Source: Acidimicrobiales bacterium
Lineage (GTDB): Bacteria; Actinomycetota; Acidimicrobiia; Acidimicrobiales; VFJN01
Length of the DNA stretch: 64,000 nt
Assembly: GCA_035316325.1 (NCBI GenBank)
Contig: DATHJB010000058.1
Span: 10,578 to 74,577 of the forward strand
Reading direction: 5' to 3'
Shown: positions 36,506-45,576 of the stretch, one piece after another
How the letters are laid out: each line of letters starts with the position of its first letter
Position numbering within the stretch: the first letter of the stretch is position 1
Position numbers and translations under genes: made by a program
The notes under the pieces: model-generated
Databases searched by the model: none
What the model was told of the DNA's origin: nothing
The model's input: the letters and a program-made list of their open reading frames with translations, nothing else

Positions 36506-36673
36506 TGCTGTTCGCTGATCCGGTCTGCCAGCGAAGGTTTTGGCTGGTTTAGCACGGCCGCTCGCGGGGGTTCACATTCGGCTCATACCTTCCTCGCGAC
36601 ACCGTGTGGTCTTGGTACCGCCCTGGCGCCCATGCGTAGAGTGACCGGCCGAGGTACGTCCGCGGAGGCTTCG

Positions 36674-37450
36674 TTGACAGAAATCCCCGAGCATCTCCTG
36701 CAGCGTTCGCGTGAGCGGCGCGCCGCCCTGGGACTGGGTGGTGACGCGCCCGCTTCCGGGTCAGGTGGTGAAGCCGCATCCACTCCGGCTCCCGCCGAGT
36801 CGGCCGCTGTCCCGGCGACGACCGGTGGCGCTGGTGGTGCACCACCGACGACGCCCGCCGTCCCGGCGGAGCCGACGCCCGAGCCGCCGAAGCCGGTCCC
36901 CGCCTACGTGCAGGCCGCCCAGCGCCGTCGCCGCATCCCGCTGTGGGCGATGCCGGTGCTGGCCGCGCTGCCGATCTGGAGCTACGTCTACGTCCGCACG
37001 CTGGAGCCGGCGCCCGTCGAGAACGACCCGATCGAGCTCGGCGCCGCGCTGTTCGCCCCCTGCGGTGCCTGCCACGGCGGCACCGGCGGCGGGGCGGGTG
37101 CGCCCCAGATCTCCGACGGGCGCGTCGAGGCGACCTGGCCCGACTTCCGGGACCAGCTCATGTGGGTGAAGCTCGGCGCCAAGGAGTGGCCCGGCGACAC
37201 CTACGGCGCCGAGAACATCAGCAAGGAAGCCAACAGCGGCATCATGCCCGGCTACGGCGGCAGCCTCACCGACCAGGAGATCGCCCAGGTGGTGCTCTAC
37301 GAGCGCCGGGAGCTCTCCGACGACGAGGCGCCCGAGGGCGAGGACGACGTCCTCCTGGCCATCGCCAACGGCGAGATGACCTTCGCCGATGCCGGCGTGG
37401 GCGAGCTCTCCGCGGCGGCCGGGCTCACCGAGGCCGACCTCGAGGGCTGA
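36674..37450 (+). CDS. Membrane-anchored mono-haem cytochrome c
   Basis: One CxxCH motif (CGACH), with a Met ligand region (IMPGYG) and one TM helix (IPLWAMPVLAALPIWSYVYV). I favour the TTG at 36674, which has GGAGG 5 nt upstream, giving M-TEIPEHLLQRS. The ORF track starts at 36632, but those 14 codons have poor GC3. Confidence 0.8.
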   Translation: MTEIPEHLLQRSRERRAALGLGGDAPASGSGGEAASTPAPAESAAVPATTGGAGGAPPTTPAVPAEPTPEPPKPVPAYVQAAQRRRRIPLWAMPVLAALPIWSYVYVRTLEPAPVENDPIELGAALFAPCGACHGGTGGGAGAPQISDGRVEATWPDFRDQLMWVKLGAKEWPGDTYGAENISKEANSGIMPGYGGSLTDQEIAQVVLYERRELSDDEAPEGEDDVLLAIANGEMTFADAGVGELSAAAGLTEADLEG

Positions 37451-37543
37451 CCCCCGGTCTCGCCGATCGGGCGACCGGCGTCGGAGACGGCCCGGTAGCC
37501 GCCAGAGTGGACAGGTGGATCGCATGACGACGAAGCCGAGCCC

Positions 37544-38800
37544 GTGACCGACCACCGCTACGACGTGCTGGTGGTGGGGGGCGGGCCGGCCGGCGCCGCG
37601 GCCGCCTACTGGCTGGCGACGGCCGGCCACGACGTCTGCGTGATCGAGCGCAAGACCTTCCCCCGCGACAAGACCTGCGGCGACGGCCTCACCCCGCGGG
37701 CGGTGCGCCAGCTGGCCGACATGGGCCTGGAGCCGGCCATCGCTGCGGCCCACCACCGCCACGACGGGCTGCGGGCGCTGGCCCACGGCATCACGCTCGA
37801 GCTGCCCTGGCCCGACCACCCGGAGTTCCCGTCGTACGGCTACGTCGTGCGGCGCCGCGACCTCGACGGGATGGTCGCCGACCACGCCGCCGCGGCCGGG
37901 GCGACGCTGCGCACGGGGACCGAGGCGGTCCGGCCGGTGCTGCGGGACGGGCTGGTCGCCGGCGCCGTCGTGAAGTCGAAGGAGTCCGGGACCACCGAGG
38001 AGATCCACGCCCGCTACGTGGTGGTCGCCGACGGGTCGCTGTCGCGGTTCGGGCGGGAGCTGGGGACGGCCCGCAACAAGAGCTACCCGCAGGGCATCGC
38101 CATCCGGGGCTACTTCGAGAGCACGCTGTCGAAGGACCCGTGGATCGAGTCGGCGCTCGACGTGCACGACCGCGACGGGCGCAGCCTCCCCGGCTACGGC
38201 TGGATCTTCCCGCTGGGCGACGGCACCATCAACGTCGGGATCGGCCTGCTGTCGACGTTCAAGGGCTACAAGGACGTCAACACGTCGCACCTGATGCGGG
38301 AGTGGGCGGCGACGGCCCCGGAGCACTGGGGCATCGACCCCGAGGCGATGCTGGCGCCCGCGACGGGCGGCCGGCTGCCGATGGCGGGGTCGATGAACCC
38401 GAAGGTGGGGCCGAACTGGGTGGTGATCGGCGACGCCGCCGGGTCGATCAACCCGTTCAACGGCGAGGGCATCGACTACGCCTACGAGACCGCCCGGATG
38501 GCGGCGGGGCTGCTGGACGAGTCGCTGACGACGGGCACGGCCATGCCGCTGCAGCGCTACCCGTCGCTGCTCGACGACGAGTACGGCCTGTACTTCAAGG
38601 TGGCCCGGGCGTTCGCCAAGGTCATCGGCCAGCCGACGCTGATGAAGGAGCTCACCCGGGTGGGCATGCGGTCGCAGACGCTCATGGAGTGGGTGCTGCG
38701 CATCATGGCGAACCTGCTGCGGGAGGACGAGCTGGGGCCGGCCGAGGCGGCGTACCGCTCGGTGGCCCGCATCGCCCGCCTCGTCCCCGAACCGGCCTAG
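37544..38800 (+). CDS. Geranylgeranyl reductase family flavoprotein (MenJ-like menaquinone reductase candidate)
   Basis: 418-aa ORF. An FAD fingerprint is present (YDVLVVGGGPAGAAAAYWLA, KTCGDGLTPRA, GDAAGSINPFNGEGI). Confidence 0.85.
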   Translation: MTDHRYDVLVVGGGPAGAAAAYWLATAGHDVCVIERKTFPRDKTCGDGLTPRAVRQLADMGLEPAIAAAHHRHDGLRALAHGITLELPWPDHPEFPSYGYVVRRRDLDGMVADHAAAAGATLRTGTEAVRPVLRDGLVAGAVVKSKESGTTEEIHARYVVVADGSLSRFGRELGTARNKSYPQGIAIRGYFESTLSKDPWIESALDVHDRDGRSLPGYGWIFPLGDGTINVGIGLLSTFKGYKDVNTSHLMREWAATAPEHWGIDPEAMLAPATGGRLPMAGSMNPKVGPNWVVIGDAAGSINPFNGEGIDYAYETARMAAGLLDESLTTGTAMPLQRYPSLLDDEYGLYFKVARAFAKVIGQPTLMKELTRVGMRSQTLMEWVLRIMANLLREDELGPAEAAYRSVARIARLVPEPA

Positions 38801-38801
38801 T

Positions 38802-40079
38802 TCAGGCCTTCTCGGCCTCCGCCGGCTCGGACTCGTCGTCGTCCTCCGCCGCACCGTTCGAGGGGACGTCGGCCTCCGCGGCTTCCGACTCCTCGGCGTC
38901 GTCGGGCTCGATCTCCTCGGCTTCGGCCTCCACGACCTCGTCCGACTCGGCGACCGGCTCCGGTTCGGCGTCCTCGACGGCCTCGACCTCGTCCGACTCG
39001 GCGACCGGCTCGGGTTCGGCCTCTTCGGTGTCGGCCTCTTCGGTGTCGGCGTCGGCGACCGGCTCCGGCTCGGACTCGGTCTCCTCGTCGGCGTCGGCGT
39101 CGGCCTCGGCTTCATCGGCGGCGGCGGAGGGCTCCTCTGGGGGGGCGACCTCGTCGGGGACCGGGGTGTCGTCGGTCTCGGCGTCGGAGTCCTCGGTGGC
39201 GGCGAGGAGGCTGCCCTCGTCGGTGGCGGGCGCCTCGAGCGGGAGGCCGTCGGCCCCGACCAGCTTCGACACGGCCGGCCGCACCTTGACCCACAGGTAG
39301 ATCCCGTACGGCACCATCACCAGGCTCATCCACTGCGCCCCGGTCATGCCCAGCGCCCGCTCGTCGTTCACCCGCAGGGTGTCGAGCAGGAAGCGCACAC
39401 CGCCGGCCCACACCATGAACAGCGCCACCAGCGTCGCCGGCTTCGGGTAGGTGTCCTTCCGCCGGGCCCAGCCGATCATCGCCGTCATCACCAGGAACAG
39501 AAGTCCCAGCGTGATCAGCTCGTAGAGCGCCGTGTTGTGGAAGGTCATGCCCTTGGTGAGCAGGGTGTCGCCCAGCTCGGGCTCCCGCACCGACCCGCCG
39601 TCGTAGCGGCTGGCCAGGAAGAAGTCGCTCTGGCCGCCGAAGTGCTCGCCCACGGCGTAGCAGCCGACCCGACCCAGGGCCATGCCGATCGTCAGTCCCC
39701 AGGCGTACCCGTTGAGGACGTTCCAGCGCTGCACCCGGGTCCACTTGCGGAACATCGGGTAGCCGACGATCAGCGCCGCGATGAACCCGCCGGAGAACTG
39801 GATGCCGCCCTCCCAGATCGCGATGACGTCGATCGGCTTGTCGATCTGGTCGGTGTGGGTGGCGACCCAGGTCAGGCGGGCGCCGATGATGCCGGCGAGC
39901 ACCATGAGGGTGCCGGTGCGGTAGCTGTCCTCCCGCAGGACGCCGAAGCGCTCGCCGTAGCCGCCGCCCAGGCGGGCGCCGATCAGGACGCCCGCGGCGA
40001 CCATCAGACCGAAGACCCGCAGCGTGAGCGGCCCGAGCTCGATCTCCGGAAATGTCGTGTAGGGAATGGCTGCGATCAC
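38802..40079 (-). CDS. lgt: Prolipoprotein diacylglyceryl transferase with an acidic repeat tail of about 150 aa
   Basis: 425-aa ORF. The Lgt core is present (IAIWEGGIQFSGGF, GRVGCYAVGEHFG, HNTALYELI). The C-terminus is Asp/Glu/Ala/Pro-rich with repeated AEPEPVAESDEV units. Confidence 0.85.
   Translation of the reverse strand: MIAAIPYTTFPEIELGPLTLRVFGLMVAAGVLIGARLGGGYGERFGVLREDSYRTGTLMVLAGIIGARLTWVATHTDQIDKPIDVIAIWEGGIQFSGGFIAALIVGYPMFRKWTRVQRWNVLNGYAWGLTIGMALGRVGCYAVGEHFGGQSDFFLASRYDGGSVREPELGDTLLTKGMTFHNTALYELITLGLLFLVMTAMIGWARRKDTYPKPATLVALFMVWAGGVRFLLDTLRVNDERALGMTGAQWMSLVMVPYGIYLWVKVRPAVSKLVGADGLPLEAPATDEGSLLAATEDSDAETDDTPVPDEVAPPEEPSAAADEAEADADADEETESEPEPVADADTEEADTEEAEPEPVAESDEVEAVEDAEPEPVAESDEVVEAEAEEIEPDDAEESEAAEADVPSNGAAEDDDESEPAEAEKA
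38934..39048 (-). repeat. Coding tandem repeats in the acidic tail of lgt
   Basis: The 36-bp unit GACCTCGTCCGACTCGGCGACCGGCTC(C/G)GGTTCGGC occurs at 38934-38969 and 38985-39020, with one mismatch. A 15-bp unit GGCCTCTTCGGTGTC occurs twice at 39019-39048. Confidence 0.8.
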
Positions 40080-40095
40080 AGGGGCTTATCCTGGC

Positions 40096-40121
40096 CTGCC
40101 TAGCGCTGCCGCGCTAGGCAG
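40096..40121 (-). terminator. Hairpin between zwf and lgt
   Basis: The arms CTGCCTAGCGC and GCGCTAGGCAG form a perfect 11-bp stem with a 4-nt loop. It lies about 100 nt downstream of the zwf stop. There is no T-tract. Confidence 0.4.
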
Positions 40122-40222
40122 CCCCGGACAAGGCCCCATTCCTGTGCCTGCGGCAGGGCGGCAAGCCGCCGCCTCCGGCCGATCCAACACCTCGTCGGCG
40201 CAGCCCAGCCGCCTGCGAAGGC

Positions 40223-41620
40223 TTACAGGGGCTCGATCCAGCCGCCTACTGAGGCCGCCAGAGACTCGGCGTGGGAGGGGCCCCACGTGCCCTTGTGGTA
40301 CAGCTCGACCTCGGGTGGGTTGTCGAGGAGGTGCTGGACGATGCGCCACTGCTCCTCCACGCCGTCGGCCCGGCCGAAGCGCCGGTGGTCGCCGTCCAGG
40401 GCGTCCTCCAGCAGGCGCTGGTAGGCCTCCTGGCGGTGCGGGAAGATCGACTCGTGGTCGACCTCGAGGTCGACCGGCCGGGTGACCAGCTCGTCCCCCG
40501 GGGCCTTGGCCTGGAGCTGCAGGGTGACGCCGTCGTCGTGGCCGAGGCGGAACCGCAGCCGGTTCGGCGTCGGGCGCGACGCCTTGGCCCCGCCGAACAA
40601 CATCCGGGGCGGGGCGTTGAACGTGACCGTGGCCTCCAGCGCGGTGACCGGCATGTGCTTGCCCGCCCGGATCAACCACGGCACCCCCGCCCAGCGCCAC
40701 GACTCGATGCCGAGCCGCAGGGCGACGTACGTCTCGGTGTCGCTGCCGGCGTCGACCCCCGGTTCGTCGACGTAACCCCGGTACTGGCCCCGCACCACGT
40801 GGTTGCGGGCGACGGCCCGGACCTGGCGCCACAGCCGCACCTTCTCGTCGCGCAGGGCGGTCTCGTCGCCCGACACCGGAGGCTCCATCGCCAGCAGGGC
40901 GACCACCTGCAGCAGGTGGTTCTGGAAGACGTCACGCAGCGCGCCCACCGACTCGTAGAACCGCCCCCGGCCGTCGACGCCGAAGTTCTCGGCCATCGTG
41001 ATCTGCACGTGCGACACGTGGTTGCGGTTCCAGATCGGCTCCAGCATCGAGTTGGCGAACCGGAAGACCAGCAGGTTCTCGACGGGCTCCTTGCCGAGGA
41101 AGTGGTCGATGCGGAAGATGGCCTCCTCGGGGAAGACCTTGTGGAGCACCTCGTTCAGCTCGCGGGCCGAGTCGAGGTCGCGGCCGAACGGCTTCTCCAC
41201 CACGACCCGGCTGCCCTCGCCGTTGAGCCCGACCCGGGCCAGGCCCTGCACGACGTCGTCGAACATCGACGGCGGGATGGCCAGGTAGAACAGCGGCCGC
41301 TTCACGCCCGCCAGCCGCTCGGCCAGGTGCTCGAACGTGGCGGCCTCGCGGTAGTCGCCGCTCACGTAGGTCATGCGGGCGGCGAGGCCCTTCCACACGA
41401 CTTCGTCGATGTCGCCCTTGTCGGTGACGGCGCTGCGGGCGTGGTCGCGCAGGTCGTCGTCGCTCCAGTCCGACGAGGCGACGCCGACGATCGGGAGGCC
41501 GGCGCACGTCCCCGAAACCTCCATGGCGTACACCGCGGGGAAGATCTTCTTGTGGGCCAGGTCGCCCGTCGCCCCGAACAGGACGAGGGCGTCGCTGCGA
41601 GGGGCCCCGTTGCCGCTCAT
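40223..41620 (-). CDS. zwf: Glucose-6-phosphate 1-dehydrogenase
   Basis: Begins at the internal ATG at 41620 of the merged ORF. Motifs are [27 protein letters not shown] and EKPFG. Confidence 0.92.
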   Translation of the reverse strand: MSGNGAPRSDALVLFGATGDLAHKKIFPAVYAMEVSGTCAGLPIVGVASSDWSDDDLRDHARSAVTDKGDIDEVVWKGLAARMTYVSGDYREAATFEHLAERLAGVKRPLFYLAIPPSMFDDVVQGLARVGLNGEGSRVVVEKPFGRDLDSARELNEVLHKVFPEEAIFRIDHFLGKEPVENLLVFRFANSMLEPIWNRNHVSHVQITMAENFGVDGRGRFYESVGALRDVFQNHLLQVVALLAMEPPVSGDETALRDEKVRLWRQVRAVARNHVVRGQYRGYVDEPGVDAGSDTETYVALRLGIESWRWAGVPWLIRAGKHMPVTALEATVTFNAPPRMLFGGAKASRPTPNRLRFRLGHDDGVTLQLQAKAPGDELVTRPVDLEVDHESIFPHRQEAYQRLLEDALDGDHRRFGRADGVEEQWRIVQHLLDNPPEVELYHKGTWGPSHAESLAASVGGWIEPL

Positions 41621-42504
41621 GGCTGTCCTCCGGGCTCCGTGACGACCCCGTGGCCGCCGAACTGGTTGCGCAGGGCGGCGACCGCTTTCATCGCCACCGA
41701 GTCGTCGACCTGCGACACGAACCGGGCCTGGAGCGCGGCGCTGATCGCCGGCGTGGCGACACCCCGGTCGATGGCCTCGAGCACCGTCCAGCGGCCCTCG
41801 CCCGAGTCCTTGGCGACACCGGCGATGCCCTCCAGCCCGGGGCTCTCCTGCAGCGCCCGCACCAGCAGGTCGAGCAGCCACGACCGCACGACCGAGCCGT
41901 GCTGCCAGGCCTCCAGCGCCGCGGTGACGTCGATGCCGAGCCCCGACCGGGCCAGCAGCTCGTAGCCCTCGGCGTAGGACTGCATCAGCCCGTACTCGAT
42001 GCCGTTGTGGACCATCTTGGTGAAGTGCCCGGTGCCCAGCGCCCCGACGTGGGCGTAGCCGCCCTCGGTGGGCTTGAGGGCCAGGAACAGCGGTTCGACC
42101 AGGGCAACGTGGGCGTCGTCGCCGCCGACCATCAGCGAGTAGCCGTTCTCGCGGCCCCACACGCCGCCGCTGGTGCCGCAGTCGACGAAGCCGATGCCGT
42201 GGTCGGCCAGCGCCTGGCCGCGGCGCACCGAGTCGCGCCAGTTGGAGTTGCCGCCGTCGACCACCACGTCGTCGGGGGACAGGAGCTTGGCGAGCTCGTC
42301 GACCGTCGACTGGGTGGGGTCGCCCGAGGGGACCATCAGCCACACCACCCGGGGGACGTCCAGCGCCTGGATCAGCTCGCCCAGCGACCCGACCTGCGAG
42401 GCGTCGCTGAAGGCGTCGAAGCCGACCACCTCGTGGCCCGCCTCGGTGAGCCGGGCGGCCATGTTGGCGCCCATCTTCCCCAGCCCGACCATGCCGACCT
42501 TCAT
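41617..42504 (-). CDS. gnd: 6-phosphogluconate dehydrogenase, short (about 295 aa) decarboxylating type
   Basis: The internal ATG at 42504 overlaps the pgi stop. The translation begins [19 protein letters not shown], and [17 protein letters not shown] is present. Confidence 0.88.
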   Translation of the reverse strand: MKVGMVGLGKMGANMAARLTEAGHEVVGFDAFSDASQVGSLGELIQALDVPRVVWLMVPSGDPTQSTVDELAKLLSPDDVVVDGGNSNWRDSVRRGQALADHGIGFVDCGTSGGVWGRENGYSLMVGGDDAHVALVEPLFLALKPTEGGYAHVGALGTGHFTKMVHNGIEYGLMQSYAEGYELLARSGLGIDVTAALEAWQHGSVVRSWLLDLLVRALQESPGLEGIAGVAKDSGEGRWTVLEAIDRGVATPAISAALQARFVSQVDDSVAMKAVAALRNQFGGHGVVTEPGGQP

Positions 42505-44147
42505 CGTGCGACCTCCAGGAGTTCGTCGAGCGCGACGCGGCCGGCTCGCCGGTCGCGCTGGCGCAGGGTGAGCAGGTCGCCCGCCGCCTGGGCCCGTTCG
42601 AGGGTGGCGAAGTCGTAGGGCTGGCCGGGGATCGGGACCTCGGCGATCGGGGAGCTCGAAGCGTCGCCCACCACCTGGACGAACACCCCGGTGGCCGGGC
42701 CGCCCTTGTGGAGCTGCCCGGTGGAGTGGAGGAAGCGGGGGCCGAGGCCGAGCGTGGTCGCCACCTGCAGCCGGTCGCGCAGCGCGGTGCGCACGGCCTC
42801 CAGGCGGCCGACCACCGGCGAGCCCGGGTCGACGAACGCCTGGATGCCGAGGTAGTCGCCGGGCCGCACCAGGGCGAGGAGATCCTCCAGCGGGACCAGC
42901 GGCTCGTCGGGCAGAAGGAGTTGCTCCCCGCTCTTGGCACCTGCCGGCGCCGGGCCGCTCGGGCCACGGCCTCCCTGGCGGTCGGCCTCGGCGGCCAGCA
43001 CCTGGTTGGTGGCGGCCTTGGCCGCGGCGACGTCGGGCTGGTCGAACGGGTGGATGCCCAGCAGCGCCCCGCAGAGGGCCGTGGCCGCCTCCCACAGCAG
43101 CACCTGGCCGCCGAGGTCGTCGAGGTCGTCGTACGCCACCACGTGGACGGGGTGCCCGGCCGCGGCGAGGGCGTCGAACAGGGCCGCCGCGTGGCCGTCG
43201 GCGTCGCCCTCGGGGTCGTACAGGGCCACGAACAGCCGGTCGTCGCCGTAGATGCCGGGGTCGCCGATGGCCTCCCCGACGACCGGGATCACGCCCGTGC
43301 CGTCCTTGCCGGTCGACTCGGCCAGCAGCTGCTCCAACCACAGCCCGAACGACGCGACGCCCTCGGGCAGCAGGAGCGTCACCTTGTCGCGCCCGTTGCG
43401 GACCCCGGCGGCCAGCACGGCGGCCAGCGTGGCGGCCGGGTTGACCCGCGCCGCGCCGCGCAGGCGCTCCGCCATCGTCGACGCCGAGTCGAGCAGCCGC
43501 CCGGCGTCGAACCCGGCCAGGAGCGCCGGCACGATCCCGAAGTGCGACAGCGCCGAGTAGCGCCCGCCGATGTCGGGTCGGTTGAGGAACACGTGGGCGA
43601 ACGCCCGCTCCTCGGCCAGGGCGGCGAGCGCCGAGCCGGGGTCGGTGATCACCGCGAAGCGGGCCGGGTCGGAGTGGCGCTCCCAGGCCCAGTCGAGGTG
43701 GCTGCGGGTCTCCAGGGTGGTGCCCGACTTCGAGGCGGCGACGTGCAGCGTGCGGTCGGCCGGCAGCTCGGCGGCGAGGCGGGACAGGGCCGCCGGGTCG
43801 GTGGTGTCGACGACGTGCAGCGCCGGAGCCCCCTCGACCCGACCGAACGACGACGCCAGCACCTCGGGGAACAGGCTGGACCCGCCCATCCCCATGATCA
43901 GCACGTGGTCGACGTCGGCGGCGAGCTTGGTGCACTCGGCGCTCAGCGAGTCGAGCCCGACGAGCAGCTCGGGCACCACGGTGAGCCAGCCCAGGCGGTC
44001 GCTGATCTCGGTGGGGTCGTCGCGCCAGAGGGTGTGGTCGGCGGCCCAGAGCCGGGCGACCGCATCGCGCTCGGTGAGCTCTGCGAGGGCGGAGGCGGTC
44101 TCGCCGGCAAGAGGGCCGAGGCGATCCGGGACTGAGTCGAGCGTCAC
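42501..44147 (-). CDS. pgi: Glucose-6-phosphate isomerase (SIS-domain type)
   Basis: 548-aa ORF with the motifs [34 protein letters not shown] and ESTGK. A repeat-derived Gly/Pro loop lies at aa 393-409. Confidence 0.85.
   Translation of the reverse strand: MTLDSVPDRLGPLAGETASALAELTERDAVARLWAADHTLWRDDPTEISDRLGWLTVVPELLVGLDSLSAECTKLAADVDHVLIMGMGGSSLFPEVLASSFGRVEGAPALHVVDTTDPAALSRLAAELPADRTLHVAASKSGTTLETRSHLDWAWERHSDPARFAVITDPGSALAALAEERAFAHVFLNRPDIGGRYSALSHFGIVPALLAGFDAGRLLDSASTMAERLRGAARVNPAATLAAVLAAGVRNGRDKVTLLLPEGVASFGLWLEQLLAESTGKDGTGVIPVVGEAIGDPGIYGDDRLFVALYDPEGDADGHAAALFDALAAAGHPVHVVAYDDLDDLGGQVLLWEAATALCGALLGIHPFDQPDVAAAKAATNQVLAAEADRQGGRGPSGPAPAGAKSGEQLLLPDEPLVPLEDLLALVRPGDYLGIQAFVDPGSPVVGRLEAVRTALRDRLQVATTLGLGPRFLHSTGQLHKGGPATGVFVQVVGDASSSPIAEVPIPGQPYDFATLERAQAAGDLLTLRQRDRRAGRVALDELLEVAR
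42922..42972 (-). repeat. Dispersed GC-rich repeat, family 2, copy Z, in-frame inside pgi
   Basis: The minus strand reads GAGGCCGTGGCCCGAGCGGCCCGGCGCCGGCAGGTGCCAAGAGCGGGGAGC. The first 24 nt are identical to copy Y and the rest is near-identical. It is translated as [17 protein letters not shown]. Confidence 0.8.
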
Positions 44148-44188
44148 GCCCCTTCTTGCTACCAGCCCCCGACAGGAATCCGCGCCAC

Positions 44189-44256
44189 TGAGGCCGAGCG
44201 ACCGCGAGGCCGTGGCCCGAGCGGCCCGGTGCCGCAGGCGCCAGGAGCGGGAAGCG
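44189..44256 (+). repeat. Dispersed GC-rich repeat, family 2, copy Y (hemL/pgi spacer), opposite orientation
   Basis: The plus strand reads GAGGCCGAGCGACCGCGAGGCCGTGGCCCGAGCGGCCCGGTGCCGCAGGCGCCAGGAGCGGGAAGCG. Confidence 0.8.
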
Positions 44257-44283
44257 CAGCACCTCGCGCCCGGACGAGGTGCC

Positions 44284-45525
44284 TCAACGGAGCGCGTCCA
44301 TCGCCCCCGTGAGTTCGTCGAGGACGTCGTCGCTGTGGGCGAGGCCGGGGAAGAGGACCTCGTAGGCGCCGGGGGCGAGGGCCACGCCGGCGTCGAGGAG
44401 AGCGTGGAAGAGGCGGGCGTAGGCGGCCTCGTCGGTGCGCTTGGCCGACTCGTAGTCGACCGGCAGCTCGTCGCCGAGGTACAGGCCCACCAGCGACGAC
44501 ACGACCGGCACCTGAGCGACGACGCCCGCCTTGTCGAGCCCGGTCCGCAGCACGCCCGCCAGCGCCTCGGCCTGGCGCCGGAGGGTTGCGTACGCCGTGT
44601 CGTCCAGCAGGTCGAGCGCAGCGAGCCCGGCGGCGGTGGCCAGCGGGTTCCCCGACAGCGTGCCCGCCTGGTACACGGGGCCCAGCGGGGCCACCACGGA
44701 CATGATGTCGGCCCGCCCGCCGTAGGCCCCGACCGGGAGGCCGCCGCCGATGACCTTGCCCAGCGTCGTCAGGTCGGGCGTGACGTCCAGCAGCTCCTGC
44801 GCCCCGCCCCGGGCCACCCGGAACCCGGTGATCACCTCGTCGAACACCAGCAGGGCACCCACCCGATCGCACTCGGCCCGCAGTCCCTCCAGGAACCCGG
44901 GCTGCGGCGCCACCAGGCCCATGTTGGCGGCGATCGGCTCGACGACCACGCACGCGACCTGCTCGTCGAGCGTCGGCACCACGTTGTACGGCGCCACCAC
45001 GGTGTCGGCGACGGCACCCTCGGTCACCCCGGCGGAGCCCGGCAGCCCCAGGGCGGCCAGACCGCTGCCGGCCTCGGCCAGCAGCAGGTCGCCGTGACCG
45101 TGGTAGTTGCCGGCGAACTTCACCACCTTCGGGCGGCCGGTGAACCCCCGCGCCACCCGGATGGCCGACATCGTCGCCTCCGTACCGCTCGACACCAGCC
45201 GCACCCGCTCGCACGACGGCACCCGCGCCCGGATCGCCTCCGCCAGCAGCACCTCGCGCTCGGTCGGGGCGCCGAACGACGTGCCGTCGACCGCGGCCTG
45301 CTGCACCGCCTCGACGATGGCGGGATGGGCGTGGCCGGCGACGATCGCCCCGTAGGACTGCACCAGGTCGACGTAGCGCCGCCCCTCCACGTCCCACACG
45401 TGGGCGCCCGCACCCCGGGCCACGAAGTACGGCGTCCCCCCGACCGCCCGGAACGCCCGCACGGGACTGTTCACCCCACCCGGGATCACGTCACAGGCAC
45501 GGGCGAAGAGCTCGTCGTTGGTCAT
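44284..45525 (-). CDS. hemL: Glutamate-1-semialdehyde 2,1-aminomutase
   Basis: HemL motifs are present (IPGGVNSPVRAF, SGTEATMSAIRVARG). The ORF track starts at the GTG at 45540, inside a palindromic repeat. I prefer the ATG at 45525 (MTNDELF). Confidence 0.92.
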   Translation of the reverse strand: MTNDELFARACDVIPGGVNSPVRAFRAVGGTPYFVARGAGAHVWDVEGRRYVDLVQSYGAIVAGHAHPAIVEAVQQAAVDGTSFGAPTEREVLLAEAIRARVPSCERVRLVSSGTEATMSAIRVARGFTGRPKVVKFAGNYHGHGDLLLAEAGSGLAALGLPGSAGVTEGAVADTVVAPYNVVPTLDEQVACVVVEPIAANMGLVAPQPGFLEGLRAECDRVGALLVFDEVITGFRVARGGAQELLDVTPDLTTLGKVIGGGLPVGAYGGRADIMSVVAPLGPVYQAGTLSGNPLATAAGLAALDLLDDTAYATLRRQAEALAGVLRTGLDKAGVVAQVPVVSSLVGLYLGDELPVDYESAKRTDEAAYARLFHALLDAGVALAPGAYEVLFPGLAHSDDVLDELTGAMDALR

Positions 45526-45570
45526 TCTGTCTTCGCTCACCCGGCTATAGCCCGCTGAGCGAAGACACTT
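45525..45570. repeat. Palindromic intergenic repeat, family 1, copy B (hemB/hemL spacer)
   Basis: The sequence is TTCTGTCTTCGCTCACCCGGCTATAGCCCGCTGAGCGAAGACA. The outer stem TGTCTTCGCTCA / TGAGCGAAGACA is perfect over 12 bp. The first 21 nt are identical to the reverse complement of copy A. Confidence 0.85.
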
Positions 45571-45576
45571 CGACGG

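Noticed and set aside
36571-36576. A TTCACA hexamer in the divergent region, considered as a second Rex half-site.
   Set aside because: There is no complementary TGTGAA-like half at the required 4-6 nt spacing on either side, so I treat it as a chance hexamer. It could instead be a -35-like element.
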